Shown piece by piece: positions 1 through 12,097 of a stretch of 64,000 nt of DNA. The notes below the pieces were generated by a model that was not told the origin of the DNA, did no database searches, and saw only the letters and a program-made list of their open reading frames with translations. Origin of the DNA: Eledone cirrhosa (lineage: Eukaryota); NCBI GenBank assembly GCA_964016885.1, contig OZ024745.1, positions 63,798,001 through 63,862,000 on the forward strand, given 5' to 3'. Within the stretch, counting starts at the first letter, position 1. Each line of letters begins with the position of its first letter. A program made the position numbers and the translations under genes.

Positions 1-319
1 ACGATTGATTACTCTTTCATTGCATTTATTGATAGGTGACGCGCGTTTCGCCACTGATCAGCTCAAGGTTTGATCTGTATCGATACTACCCGACGCAATA
101 ATCGGCTGCTCGACGGATCCTTTTAAAATGCTATAAGAAAATGAAATACATGCTATGTGGTAAAGTCAGAGTTTCAAGAGTTTCCGTCTATCGCACACGT
201 TTGCGTAGCAATAGAGACAAAAGACATAACGCCAATAGATTACTTGGAACCACTATGACACATACGCCTGACAAAAACACACACAAACTACCACCCAACC
301 ACAAAAACCTCACTAAACA

Positions 320-1060
320 CCGCAGAAACCGAAGTAGACCTGTCACATGGTATAACGCCCCGTATACTAGACACGTCGCCACTAACATACTGGGAACCTT
401 CTTCAGGGCTCTCGAACACATAAATACCACAAACTCTTCAATAGACACACTGTAAAATTCTCTTTCTCCACAGCACCAAATCTAGGCCACACAATAGCAC
501 ACACTAATAGGGCAAAAATACGAAAACACATGGTTGCTCCACAACAAACCACCACCACAACCCAGAACGAAACCACACACACAACACAACACAACAACCC
601 ACACACCAGACCCACACCACATGACACCAACCGTCAACGTGCCACCACACCGGTTACACCCAACTGCAACTGCAAAAAAAACGGGCCGAATGCCTACTAA
701 ACGGGGAGTGCCTCGTTAAATATATTGTTTACCGGTGTGATGTCACAGCCGGCAATAAAGAGTACTCATATATAGGTGCGACATCCACTACGTTTAAGGA
801 GCGCTGGAATAACCACAGAAGCTCCTTCAAACATAGACTGAAACGACCCCAAACCAGACTGGCCGATTTGATCTGGGACCTAAATGACAGGAATATTGAA
901 CCCCAGATCTCGTAGTCAGTGAAAAGACGCGTGGCACAACTCCCCAGTGGCAGAAACCACAGCAGATTATGCCTGGTTGAGGCGGCGGAAATAATTAAAT
1001 TAAAATCCGCCATAAACTATAGGTCGGACATAATTGTCAATTGCAGACACACCAGGCTGA
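320..1060 (+). pseudogene. Frameshifted PLE linker + GIY-YIG endonuclease
   Basis: Pieces read VTWYNAPYTRHVATNILG..HKLFNRHTVKFSFS..CNC..CLLNGECL..IVYRCDV..YIGATSTTFKERWNNHRSSF..LCLVEAAEI..VNCRH, a typical PLE C-terminus. Stops and frameshifts are present. Confidence 0.85.
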
Positions 1061-2145
1061 ACACCTTTTCCGCACAAACATTCGGGGGAGGGCAACGCAC
1101 TAACCATGACCCACCATAATAATAACCACCTCTGCCCCGTATCACCATCGCCCATCTCAGCGAATTTATTAATTTTATTTTATTTTATCTTATTTTATTG
1201 TATTGCATGTAACCATTTGTAAGCCCGTATTTTGTATATCTTGCCGCATACATCACCCCCACCAAAAATCACACTAACCATGACCCAGCATAATAATAAC
1301 CACCTCTGGCCCGTCTCACCATCGCCCATCTCAGCGAATTTATTTTATTGTACTGCATGTGACCATTTCTAAGCCCGTATTTTGTATATCATGCCGCATA
1401 CATCACCCCCACCAAAAATCACATCGCCATACACCCCTCATCCTTGCAACATTGTGTTCGATCGGTCTTCTATGATAGGTTTTACCTTACAATCCATAGT
1501 AACATCGGATCTTGTAAATACAATGTCTATCATATCACACCATCGCCACCACCACCACCACACCACACATCGTCATATGTCTACCATACACATCCGCAAC
1601 CTTATCCCCCATGTTCCCTCTGTCTACCCTAACCTACAACTCCACGCTAAATTCGACCCTCTAAATGTACTGTCGCACACACCACCACCGCCACCACTAG
1701 ATACATCCACATACATCATTAACATCATCAGCACATATCATCCCTCACTCCCAGATCGACTGTATTATACCCCCCCCCCCGGCTGCCTTACCCTGTAACA
1801 TACCGTAACTTCTGATCATGTAATCATCTTGTCGAACATATCACCCCAGCACCACCACCACCACCATGACCACAACACACATCGCCATACGTCCATAAAC
1901 TCTTCTCCCCCGCGTTCCCTATGTCACCTTTTAACCTGTAACCCATCGCACTATTCGATCCTGTATATTTTTGTCGCTCACAACTCCACCACCACAAGAC
2001 ACAACACCATACTTCATCAACACCGCCAACACATACCTCCCCTCCAGAACCAACGCAAGTGTGTGTGTCTGTGTGTAAGTATTTTTTACATATACGAGCG
2101 TATATGTAAAATATGCGTGCGTGTACGCATATATAGGTGTGCACA

Positions 2146-2177
<32 letters not shown>

Positions 2178-3027
2178 GGTAAATCTGTGTGTATGTGTAT
2201 ATGTGAGCGTATATGGGCATGTATATGTATGTGTCTGTGTATATGTGTATATATATGTGTGTATACGTGTGTGTGTGTGTGTGTGTGTGTTTGTGTATGT
2301 TTATGTATACGTGTGTGTGTGCGTGTATGTGCGCATATCCGTATGTGTGTATGAGTGTATGTATGTGTATGTATATATGTATAACACCTTCTCCATTGCC
2401 TCTCACCATCCCTCCATCTTTGTCCTTCGCCACCCCCACCGATACTCCTCCACTCTCCCTATATGTGTCCGCATGCGCGCATGCACATACATGTGTGTAT
2501 ATATACATATGGCTGTATAAGTGTGTGTGTGGATATGTGTGGGCGAGGATGTGCGTATGTGTTGTGTGCGTTTATACATAAATATATATGCGCATATATA
2601 CATATGTGTGTATACATATATACAACGTATTTGTCAGACGAAGAGCGTCTAGCTATGTATCTCCGTAAGGACTCGATACCACCAACACATCCACCACACC
2701 ACCACAAATGCCACTACCATAAACAACAACACCACACCCACACCCTCACGCACGACAACCCGTCTACCGACAACCCACTAACCTCTTGCCACAGCCCATC
2801 CCAGTAAGCGACCATAACCACCATCATATCATCACATCCACCCCTACATACACTACAGGCCAAGGCCAACCCACCACGACCACAAGAGCCCATCTCATCC
2901 ACCGACCGTCACCAACATCTCACCATCACATCCATCCCGACATACACTACAGGCCAGTACATCCCTTTGATCCCACCAAACAAAACAACTCATTTTGTCA
3001 AACTCTTGAAACTCTGACTTTACCACA

Positions 3028-5278
3028 GCCATCAGGTCCTTCCCAGCTAGCAGATGCGGAGGTGTTGATGGTCTCCGACCAGGCCACTTCAAGGAGTTGA
3101 CATCCCTCTTCTCCGCTGAGGCCGGGCGCCGCCTTCTGAGTGCAATTGTGGCGCTCACCAATAGGCTCATTCATGGTGCCCTCGACCCTTACGCTTGAGG
3201 CCTCTTTTTTTCGGCCAGCCTCACCGCTCTCAGGAAGAAAGAGGGTTGCATACGCCCCATTGCTGTGGGCAATGTCTTCCGGAGGCTGGCTGCCAATGTG
3301 ATCTGCAAGTCCGTCACACACGAACTGGGTGAGGAGTTTAGTCCGGTGCAACTGGGTGTCGGCGTGTCCGGTGGCTGTGAGAGAGCCTGTCATGTAATCA
3401 GGCAGTTCTTCAGCAGCTGCCCATCGGTACCGGCATCCAGGGACTCCAGGCACCTCATTGACAAGCTTGACATGAGGAATGCCTTTAAGTCTTTACGCCG
3501 GAATCATCTGCTCGAGACCTGTCTCAGCCGAGCCCCCTCTGCCTACCCGCTGGCCTACCTGTCATATGGAGCCCCGAGCATGCTCCTAGCTGCTGATACG
3601 GTCATACCCTCGGCTACTAGGGTCCAACAGGGCGACCCTTTGGGACACCTCCTATTCGCCCTTGGTATTGACCACATCGCCCGGAGTATCACGGCCCCTC
3701 TCAACGTTTGGTATCTGGATGATGCTACGTTGGGCGGGCCCGTACGGACGGTCAGCCAAGACCTTCAATCGGTGATTCCTGTCCTGCAGGTCAACTCGGC
3801 CTAGTCGGAGGTGGTAAACGTCAGCCTCGATGCTGCGAGCTTTGCAGCCCAGTCTTGGACGTGCGGTCCATTCTCCGCCAGGTTCAGGTGACCCCCAAAG
3901 AGGATCTCCTCATCCTCGGGTCACCGATCCACCGGCCAGCCATCCGCTCCACCATCAGGTCCAGGCTTCAACAGCTCCAGACTCTCACGAGCCGACTGGG
4001 CTCTATTGACGGCCACCCAGCTCTCTTTCTGCCGAGGAACTGCTTCGCCATGCCGAAGCTCCTCTATACACTCCGCAGCGCTCCATGCTACACCCAGACA
4101 TCTCTCCTCGCTGACCTCGATACTTGTATCCGAGCAGCAGCCGAGGGAATATGCAACGTCAAGTTTGACGACATAGGGTGGAAACAGGCCACTTTACCGG
4201 TCAGGTATGGCGGCCTAGGCCTCCGATCCCCGATCTCACTAGCTTTGCCGGCGTATCTTTCGACGGTAACCTCGTGCAGCGTCCTCGTCAGCAGGGTTTT
4301 TCAAAACACAACAGAACCCTCTGTGTTCAGAGAACGTGGTGCCGCCTGTGAGACGTGGGACCAGCTGGGACTTAGCCCAGTAGACGTCCCTCCTCCTTCT
4401 TCCCCTGTTGACGTCAAGTCCCCCCAACACACTTGGGATGCCATCCAGTGCAGCCTGGCCTCAGACAGGCACGCGCCAGCTCGACCAGCACCGCCTTGCT
4501 TATTTTCGTGCGGCCTCCAAACCCCACAGTGGTGCCTGGCTCCATGCTCTGCCCTCCTTCTCCACTGGCACGCAGCTAGACAACCATAGACTGCGAATCG
4601 GCGTTTCCCTGAGGCTCGGCCTCCGGATCTGCCAGCCACACCAATGTCGCTGCGGTTCCACCGTGGATCTTTCGGCCTCCACTCGCTTTCCTGTCGCCAC
4701 CGTGCCGGCCGCATTCCACGCCATACTGCCCTCAACGAGGTCATTATGCATGGCTTGGACGCTGCAGGCTTCCCTTCCCAGCTCGAGCCGGTGGGGCTGG
4801 ATCGAGGGGACGGCAAAAGGCCAGATGGCATGACCATCTTCCCGTTCCGTGGTGGCAAACCCCTCGTCTGTGATGCCACTTGCACCGATACTTTCTGCAG
4901 CTGCAACCTGGTGCAGTCTGCGACTGACGCTGGTTCTGCTGCACGTCGGGCTGAGGGGGCCAAACTCCTCAAATACCGGTCGTTCTCCGACAGATTTGCG
5001 GTCGTTCCCCTGGCAGTGGAAACTTCTGGTGTCCTCGGCCCCATGGCTACCTCCTTACTAACCACCATAGGCGCTAAGCTGGCCAGCCGCAGGTTAGGGC
5101 CCCGCGAGTTGGAGTGGCTTTTCCAGCGCGTCTCCCTTGCCGTCCTCCGGGGAATCACCTTCTTCATTCAGTCTGCCGGGGCTGTGGGTGGGCCCCATCG
5201 TGTACCAATACATTAGTTAAATACCATTCTTTCATCGTTACAACTTATATCCACATTAATGACGTATTATCTTTGTTG
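3028..5278 (+). mobile_element. 5'-truncated CRE-clade non-LTR retrotransposon (RT + restriction-like endonuclease), frameshifted
   Basis: ORFs 3265-3804, 3855-4589, 4408-4833 and 4644-5216 carry RT motifs PIAVG, QLGVG, QQGDPLG and WYLDD, then ATLPVRYGGLGL, a CRCG..HSLSC zinc knuckle and RH..RPDG..CDAT..VPLAVET RLE motifs. The GC-rich block is flanked by CCACA (3023-3027, 5279-5283). Confidence 0.85.
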
Positions 5279-5475
5279 CCACATAGCATGTATTTCATTT
5301 TCTTATAGCATTTTAAACGGGTCCGTCGAGCCGCCGATTATTGAGTCGGGTAGGATCGATACAGATCGAACCTTGAGCTGATCATTGGCGAAACGCGCGT
5401 CACCTATCAATAAATGCAATGAAAGAGTAATCAATCATCCTTGTTATCCTTTCAATATATATATACATATATATA

Positions 5476-5950
5476 TATAAACGGAAAAAATGAAACGAAA
5501 TTTCATTTCCCACTCTTAGTACGGCTGTTACTTAAATATAAGTATGTACACGTACTAAGAGTGGGAAATGAAATTTCATTTCATTTTTTCCGTTTATCGT
5601 TTTCGGTGCACCCAGCCGATTAACCCACTCGATATGCAAATTGAGCTACTCAGCCGTTAATGTGCATAAGGTAAGTATATACGTTCAACAATCTGGCAGA
5701 AAGATATACGTTGTTGACGATAGCTAATAAGCTTGAAACTAGTACAGCGTTCCTTTGTCAGTGTTGAACAAACGAGAACGGTGGTTGCTAGACACTACGG
5801 CTTAATACGGGATGTTTGTTTACAAACACACCGAGCATTATAATAAATTTTCGGTGAATCCATACGTACATATATATATGTGTGCATATATGTATATATA
5901 TATACATACTACTGTACGTCTGTATACATATATGAATGTACGTGTACCTA

Positions 5951-5955
<5 letters not shown>
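5476..5955 (+). mobile_element. Dispersed, diverged copy of the 472-bp HHR repeat family with a short inverted left arm
   Basis: Homologous to the reverse complement of the 50.1-52.7 kb unit. Hairpin at 5476-5598, octamer ATGCAAAT at 5634-5641, flanked by (TA)n. Confidence 0.8.
5708..5750 (+). ncRNA. Hammerhead ribozyme, mutated core (UUGACGA)
   Basis: acgttg-TTGACGA-tagc taataa gctt-GAAA-CTAG-TA-cagcgt. Confidence 0.65.
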
Positions 5956-6003
<48 letters not shown>

Positions 6004-6109
6004 CATATATGTGTGTGTGTGTGTTTGAGCAACCCTTTGCGTGACACTTCTCTTAATCATGCACAGCATAGGATCCACCAACCTTTACACAGACGCACTA
6101 AGTTTACAG

Positions 6110-6500
6110 GGTCCTTGAGCATGTCGGTTCTTAGATGAATTCTAAGGCCTGCCTTACTTAGACATAACCGACCACATTCATTACAAGTTAAATAGATTTT
6201 CATGCCAAGATACTCAGGCAAACTGACCCAACTGGCAAGAGACCACCGCTTCAGCGGTTCATGCCAAACACGGTTTCTTTCAAATTCTTCCCTCCCATCG
6301 TGCACTGCCTTCCTTTAGTAGAGGCGATCTAGATCGAGGTCCTACCAGCCACTCCCCGATATATTCATATTCCCAAGTATGCTTCTAATGCAACCTTGAA
6401 CTCGATTTCCGTTTGTCAGCTGGTCGTTCACCTTCGACTAGCTCACTGCTGGAATATGACAGATTCTATACTGGTAGGATCGCTGCATACGAGGACGTCA
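6110..6500 (-). mobile_element. RTE-clade LINE 3' fragment
   Basis: ..DLDR..RKAVHDGREEFERNR..TCNECGRLCLSKAGLRIHLR, the terminal C2H2-like motif typical of RTE ORF ends. Confidence 0.7.
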
Positions 6501-6649
6501 GTGTCATTCACATACATGTTCCTCTATGCCCTATATATATGTCACGGCGAATGTTGGTAAATGTGCTCAAACATTTTGCGAAGTCACACATGCATACAGA
6601 GAAGAAAGAATTTTTATACTTGTTTTATAAATATATTTCATTATCCTTG

Positions 6650-7310
6650 CCATTCTGAGTTCAAAACCCGCCGAGGTTAACTTTGCCTTTCATCCTTACG
6701 GGGTCGATAAAATAAAGTACCAGTAATGCACTGGGTAATTGCTGGCCTTGTGCCAAAAGTAGAAACAATTATATTGATGATAGGATTGGTGGTGGATTGG
6801 CAGTATCGGTAGAGGGTCGGACGTCATGCTTTGACGCATAGAGTTACGGCCCTTTCCATTCTGAGTTCAAATCCCGCCGAGGTCAACTTTGCCTTTCATC
6901 CTTACGGGGTCGATAAAATAAAGTACCAGTAATGTACTGGGTAATTGCTGGCCTTGTGCCAAAAGTAGAAACAATTTTATTGATGATAGAAGCAGTATCA
7001 GAAGAGCGTCCGACAACATGCTTTGCGACCTAGCATAGTTACGTCCCTTTACGGTTTGAGTTCAAATCCCGTCGAGGTTAACTTTGCCTTTCATCCTTAC
7101 GGGGTCGATAAAATAAAGTACCAGTAATGTACTGGGTAATTGCTGGCTTTGTGCCAAAAGTAGAAACAATTAATGTCACTTTACGTTCTGAATTCAAATC
7201 CGGCCAAGGTTGGCTTTGCGTTTCATCCTTATGGAGTCGATATAATAAAGCACCAGTAAAGCACTGGGGTCGAATTATTTGACTTTTCCCTTCCCTCAAA
7301 ATTATGCCGG
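6650..7310 (+). mobile_element. Four head-to-tail partial copies of a tRNA-derived SINE
   Basis: Repeated GAGTTCAAATCCCGCCGAGGTYAACTTTGCCTTTCATCCTTACGGGGTCGATAAAATAAAGTACCAGT (box B-like GTTCAAATC) at ~6655, 6862, 7057 and 7189. Confidence 0.8.
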
Positions 7311-7644
7311 TCATCGGTGTTGTTTATAAATTCATATTGATAATTATATTGTCTCTGACTTCTTCGAACAAGCAAAGAGAAACAATTTAGAACTCCGAAA
7401 AAAAACAAAATTAGTTAAAATTACTCACCAGATTTCAACCCCGCTTCAATAGATAAAATGCTTACGTACATTATTTTGTTGTAATTAAATGGGATTAAAG
7501 GACGCACAAAAAAGAGAGATTAATATTATACTATAGGTGGTTATTAATCACGGCCAGTGGTGTAAATGAAAGGCCACAAACATGCATGAAAATATTTACT
7601 GAAGATATAGGTATAAATGTATACACACATATATCTATATATGA

Positions 7645-8490
7645 GTTTCGGGTTTAATCGGAGGTAACCACACTAAATAAGGTACTCAATACATTAATAG
7701 AGTGTAAATATCTTATGTTTAATATAGAAATGGCTTCTACAGCACTAGATCTGTTTCATTCTCAAGAAATCATCAGAAAAGCTTTCCTGGTGATTTATTT
7801 CTAATTTATAAATCACAATGATGTTTTGTAGCTTGTTTGCAGTTTTACATCTTTGGGGTTTGTGGTAGAAAAGTTATAATTTGAACGATTTATACTGTAT
7901 TCTTAGATTTGGTGTAATTCATTTTGTGTCCTCTATTTGATACATATATTACACTTAATTTGTGGTGCCTGTTGTTATAATCTGTATAGTGCCTGATATA
8001 TGTGTTGCGTTATTATGTGTGTGTGTTGTTTTATGACTTGATCTGAATGTTAGAAACCCATTGCTGATTAGTATTTATTTTACATCCAGATTTCTTTATC
8101 TAGGGTTTCATTTGCTGAGGAGAATCTAAATGCTTTTCTAAGTAGGTATTTTACTACTGACATTTTGTAACTATGCCTACATTCGATTTTCCATGTAAAT
8201 ATATGTATTTATGTGTGTCTTTGGCATACACTACCGTGTTGTATATGTTATTTTCTATCTAAAGGTTTATGACTAGAAATAGAGTCATTGTATTGACAGA
8301 AAGTTTATCTCCTTGGCTATGAGTGGTTATTTTAGTACAGAATTGTTTCTAGATTTTTCTTTAATTCCTCGACCTCTTCTGGAATACTAATTACAACGAT
8401 GATACCGTCCACATACCTTGTAAATGTTCTATTTGTATATCTTAATACAAATTTGCTTTCTTTTGTGGCCCCTTTGAAAACTACGAGATT
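7645..8490 (-). mobile_element. Degenerate Penelope-like element (RT palm/thumb remnant + HHR-bearing 3' end)
   Basis: The minus strand reads ESKFVLRYTNRTFTRYVDGIIV (RYVDD-like), TVVYAKDTH..YLH and KMSVVKYLLRKAFRFSS..LDKEI..ILISNGF. HHR at 7733-7782, and the element ends near a TA tract. Confidence 0.65.
7733..7782 (-). ncRNA. Hammerhead ribozyme (type I)
   Basis: gcttt(t)-CTGATGA-tttc ttga gaat-GAAA-cag atctagtg ctg-TA-gaagc, with a GUA triplet. Confidence 0.7.
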
Positions 8491-9389
8491 ACGCACAAAG
8501 TGAGAAGTCAAGGTTATTATTATTTCTTGCTGAAGTAATTTCTTTATTGACAGGACAATGACATTTTACTTGGGCACGACAGTAATATTTTTGCAGTATG
8601 CTTGCTTGTATATTAATTGGCTTTATTCGTTGGTATTGGTATATATTATTTAATATGGAATTTCTATAATTTTGGAGAGGATAAATAAATATTCTCTTTA
8701 CACTGTTTAATTGTGAACCAGTATGACATATATTCGATTGCAATAAAGAAAGCTGCAAATTCACAATCCCACTATTATGTTGCCCATAAAGTTACGACTT
8801 TCTTTCGTTAGTTCATCAAACAGTGATAATAAGGTCTAATCGCAATGCACTAGATCTCACAACACAACACCGAACTAAATGTGAAGGCGTTAGTGAACAC
8901 ACCTACATAGTACATAGCTTCCTACCATAAATCGGCGATTAACTAAGAGATCGATGCTCACAGCAGCACAATTCTAAAATGAACACACAGATAATACATA
9001 CAAAAAAATAAGGAAAGGACCTCCGTTCATTCGAAGATAAAAGATTCACTTGTTTGATCAGTGGAAAAAACCACTCACGAAGCTAACGTGCAGGTGGCTG
9101 TGCATTTCTGACTCTTATAGCCATAACTTAACTCCCTGTAGAGATTTAACGTCATACAATGTGTGACACAACTGATCTTTTGTATTTCAAGTACGGGCTT
9201 TAGGAGTTCTTTGCCCTGCTTATTCCGCACTCCCTGAACAAACCTAAAGGGATTTTCGATCTTGAAGTTTCGTACATAATAGTTCTTTGAAGATAATTCC
9301 AACTTGACATATTCAGACAACTAGACACTATTTATATGTATACACTAAATGCAAAGCGTACGCTACATGAATTTTCACACCTACTCGTA

Positions 9390-9426
<37 letters not shown>

Positions 9427-9467
9427 AAAAGAACAAAGGAACTATTATGACATTATAACCAGTTTAT

Positions 9468-9514
9468 TGCCGACAGCCGTTTCGTCCGACCCCATGGTAG
9501 GACTTATCAAGGCA
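9468..9514 (-). ncRNA. Hammerhead ribozyme, U3-A8 core variant
   Basis: tgcc-TTGATAA-gtcc..ggac-GAAA-C ggct G-TC-ggca. Confidence 0.75.
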
Positions 9515-10513
9515 TATAACATGTGATTGCAAGATCATTGTTTACATCAACGTATCACTCAAGGCTAGCAGTTTGAAATTGTTGTATACATCAGCAACTC
9601 CGCTTGTATGGTTGGGGTCAATATTCTAAGGGGGGCTCTTTTATATTAGTTGTCGGGGTCAGGGATTGAAGTTTAAAAATTAGACAAAAATATATAATTT
9701 ACGCATCAACATTAAACTAAAAGACTTGGGGTCCCGTAGAAGCACCTTAGAAAATCCCTCAATGAGTGCATAAAGCTTACAGGCTCCAATAAACCTATTA
9801 GACTAGAAGAAAATTAAGAGGCTAATAAAATAAGAAAATAAAAATATAAAGTTTCCCTAAAAACTATATAAAGTTCCTATGAAATTTCTTCTAGAGAAAA
9901 AAATTTTTTTCCGAAAGAAAAAAACCTTCTTCCCCCGAGATCACGTTTACAAAATTCAGAAAACTGAATTGAAAACTAGGTTGAAAGAAACTAATCAATT
10001 AGAGGTTTATTCAGAGAGCCTTCCATAAATCTCTCAGAAAAGGCCCCTTTAATATTTCCAATAGGAACTTCCTCCGAGAGACCCTTCGAAGAATTAAAAT
10101 TTTAGAGAGCCTTTAAGGATAAATATAAAAACGAATTGAGGAAAATTATACATTAAAAGTTAAAAATTAAAAATTACGGTATTTGGGATATCCGAGGAAT
10201 TTTCAAAGGGCTGCTTCAACAGATACAACTTAGGCATAATAGATACAATAATCTAAGCAAATTAAGTAATTTAATTAGGGAGCAATTCAAGGAGTTTATC
10301 AAGTTGGGCAAGATTAAAGAAAGCGGTAACTAAGAAAATACATAAGCAAAAAGACAATAATTATAAAATGTATCTTTAAGAAGGTATAAGAGCCCCCCTT
10401 AGAATATTGACCCCAACTATACAAGCGGAGTTGCTGATGTATACAACAATTTCAAACTGCTAGCCTTGAGTGATACGTTGATGTAAACAATGATCTTGCA
10501 ATCACATGTTATA

Positions 10514-10560
10514 TGCCTTGATAAGTCCCACCATGGGGTCGGACGAAACGGCTGTCGGCA
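10514..10560 (+). ncRNA. Hammerhead ribozyme, U3-A8 core variant
   Basis: tgcc-TTGATAA-gtcc caccatggggtc ggac-GAAA-C ggct G-TC-ggca. Confidence 0.75.
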
Positions 10561-10724
10561 ATAAACTGGTTATAATGTCATAATAGTTCCTTTGTTCTTT
10601 TTCACTAATATTTATGCTCTGCATATACGCATAGAGCTTAACTAGCTACCGTCACATATTTGGTAAGTCAGACGTGATCATCGCGATTCACATACGACCT
10701 ACCATACATCTTACTTATATATAT

Positions 10725-10805
<81 letters not shown>

Positions 10806-10807
<2 letters not shown>

Positions 10808-11011
10808 CAAGCAAATTATAAACGTAAACATGTAAGTATGTTTTTGAAGCGGTGCGCGAGTTTGAAATTAGAAATTAGAAATTATAAGCTTTCACCTTAT
10901 TTACGGCAACACCCATCTTTTTCCATTTCTCCGAGGGTTATACACCCCACTATCAGGCTAGAAATTTCTTTAGTCTAAAATACGGTGAAAGCTTATAATT
11001 TCTAATTTCTA

Positions 11012-11013
<2 letters not shown>
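10806..11013. repeat. Small fold-back insert between TA tracts
   Basis: ttagaaattagaaattataagctttcacc (~10868-10897) is inverted at ~10984-11012. Confidence 0.6.
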
Positions 11014-11067
<54 letters not shown>

Positions 11068-12097
11068 TAGCAGTGTATCCTGGCGTTGCACGGGTAAGGA
11101 CGGGTAAGGACGGGTTTCTCCAATGAGAAACGTTTATTTATGAGTGCCTGTTAAAAACTCACGAAAATATCCCGACAGGAAATTTGTTTTATTTGGAGAA
11201 AATTAAGAAGTTGAAAGTACAGTTTAGCTGTCTACGTGCATTGTTCATAGAAATATTGTTGAGCTCCTTCTTTTCATACTCCTCTGTTTTGGCCTATTGG
11301 AGTAAATGTGAAAGAGAAAGTCACAGGTTAAGTTGGCAGAAGGTTCCAGTGTCATAGCAGTAAGGCGTAGGCTACTTACCTCAAAATTTCATTCGCACTC
11401 TTTCCACTAAATTACTCTTTCTCTCTATCCCTCTCGGTGCAGTCCCTTGCGAATTTCTCGCGTTGGCCTGGTGTAGATTTGCACCCGATTGATCTCCCCG
11501 ATACACATGCCCGCTTTGTACGGCTTTTGGAGGAAGGAGTGACCAGCAGTACGTTGTTCGGTATTGTTACGAAAAGGTGTAGCAAAGAATCCTGCGTGAA
11601 CCAACAGCTCGGGAGGAAACACTATTTATATGTATAACAACGCCCCGTTTAGTTAGTATTTGTTGGTCTACAGTTAGACGAATGGGCGCACAAAGGGTTA
11701 ATGTTTATTGGCAAAAGGCTTTTTGATTAATAAAAGACGGGTTAAAGCGACCTACAATGTATCATTCTGCGTTGATGTTAGCGGGTTTCGTTATTGTCAA
11801 TGGGGTTTTTGGACGGCAAATTCAAGACCCTTCTGTTTCTCCCTCAATAAACTGACTACTGCGGATGGTAATGGGAGTCCTATGTAACAGCAGTAACATA
11901 GACATTGCTTACAACGTGTCAATCTGCGGCGGATATAGCAGTGGCCGTTTGATGTAGTGGAAATCTGTGAAAGGTTTCATCCTCTGCCTGTGGTTGTTTC
12001 CGAATTCCTGACTTATACCTGATTGCAGGAAGGATGGTAATATGAAGGTGTAAATACGAAATTGTATAGGAGCAGTAGTATAGAATCTTACCTTGAG

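Larger units (their letters stand above)
1..5460 (+). mobile_element. Penelope-like retroelement relic with inverted terminal repeat (1-182 versus 3000-3027 + 5279-5438), interrupted by a CRE LINE
   Basis: The reverse complement of 1-182 reappears split at 3000-3027 and 5279-5438. A PLE-type ORF remnant lies at 320-1060. The right end abuts (TA)n, and the left arm may extend beyond the window. Confidence 0.75.
9421..10720. mobile_element. (TA)n-embedded element with ~220-bp inverted arms (9421-9640 / 10388-10608), each with an HHR; PLE terminal-repeat-like
   Basis: The arms are reverse complements with a few mismatches. Both outer ends abut (TA)n. Confidence 0.75.

Noticed and set aside
1382-3000. 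His/Thr/Tyr/Ile/Val/Cys-rich ORFs
   Set aside because: Low-complexity CA/TA/GT sequence
5345-5410. HHR-like CTGATCA..GAAACGCGCGTC (also 30-62, minus)
   Set aside because: Stem III and GUC are present, but C3-C8 cannot pair and no adjacent stem I forms, so at best a dead relic
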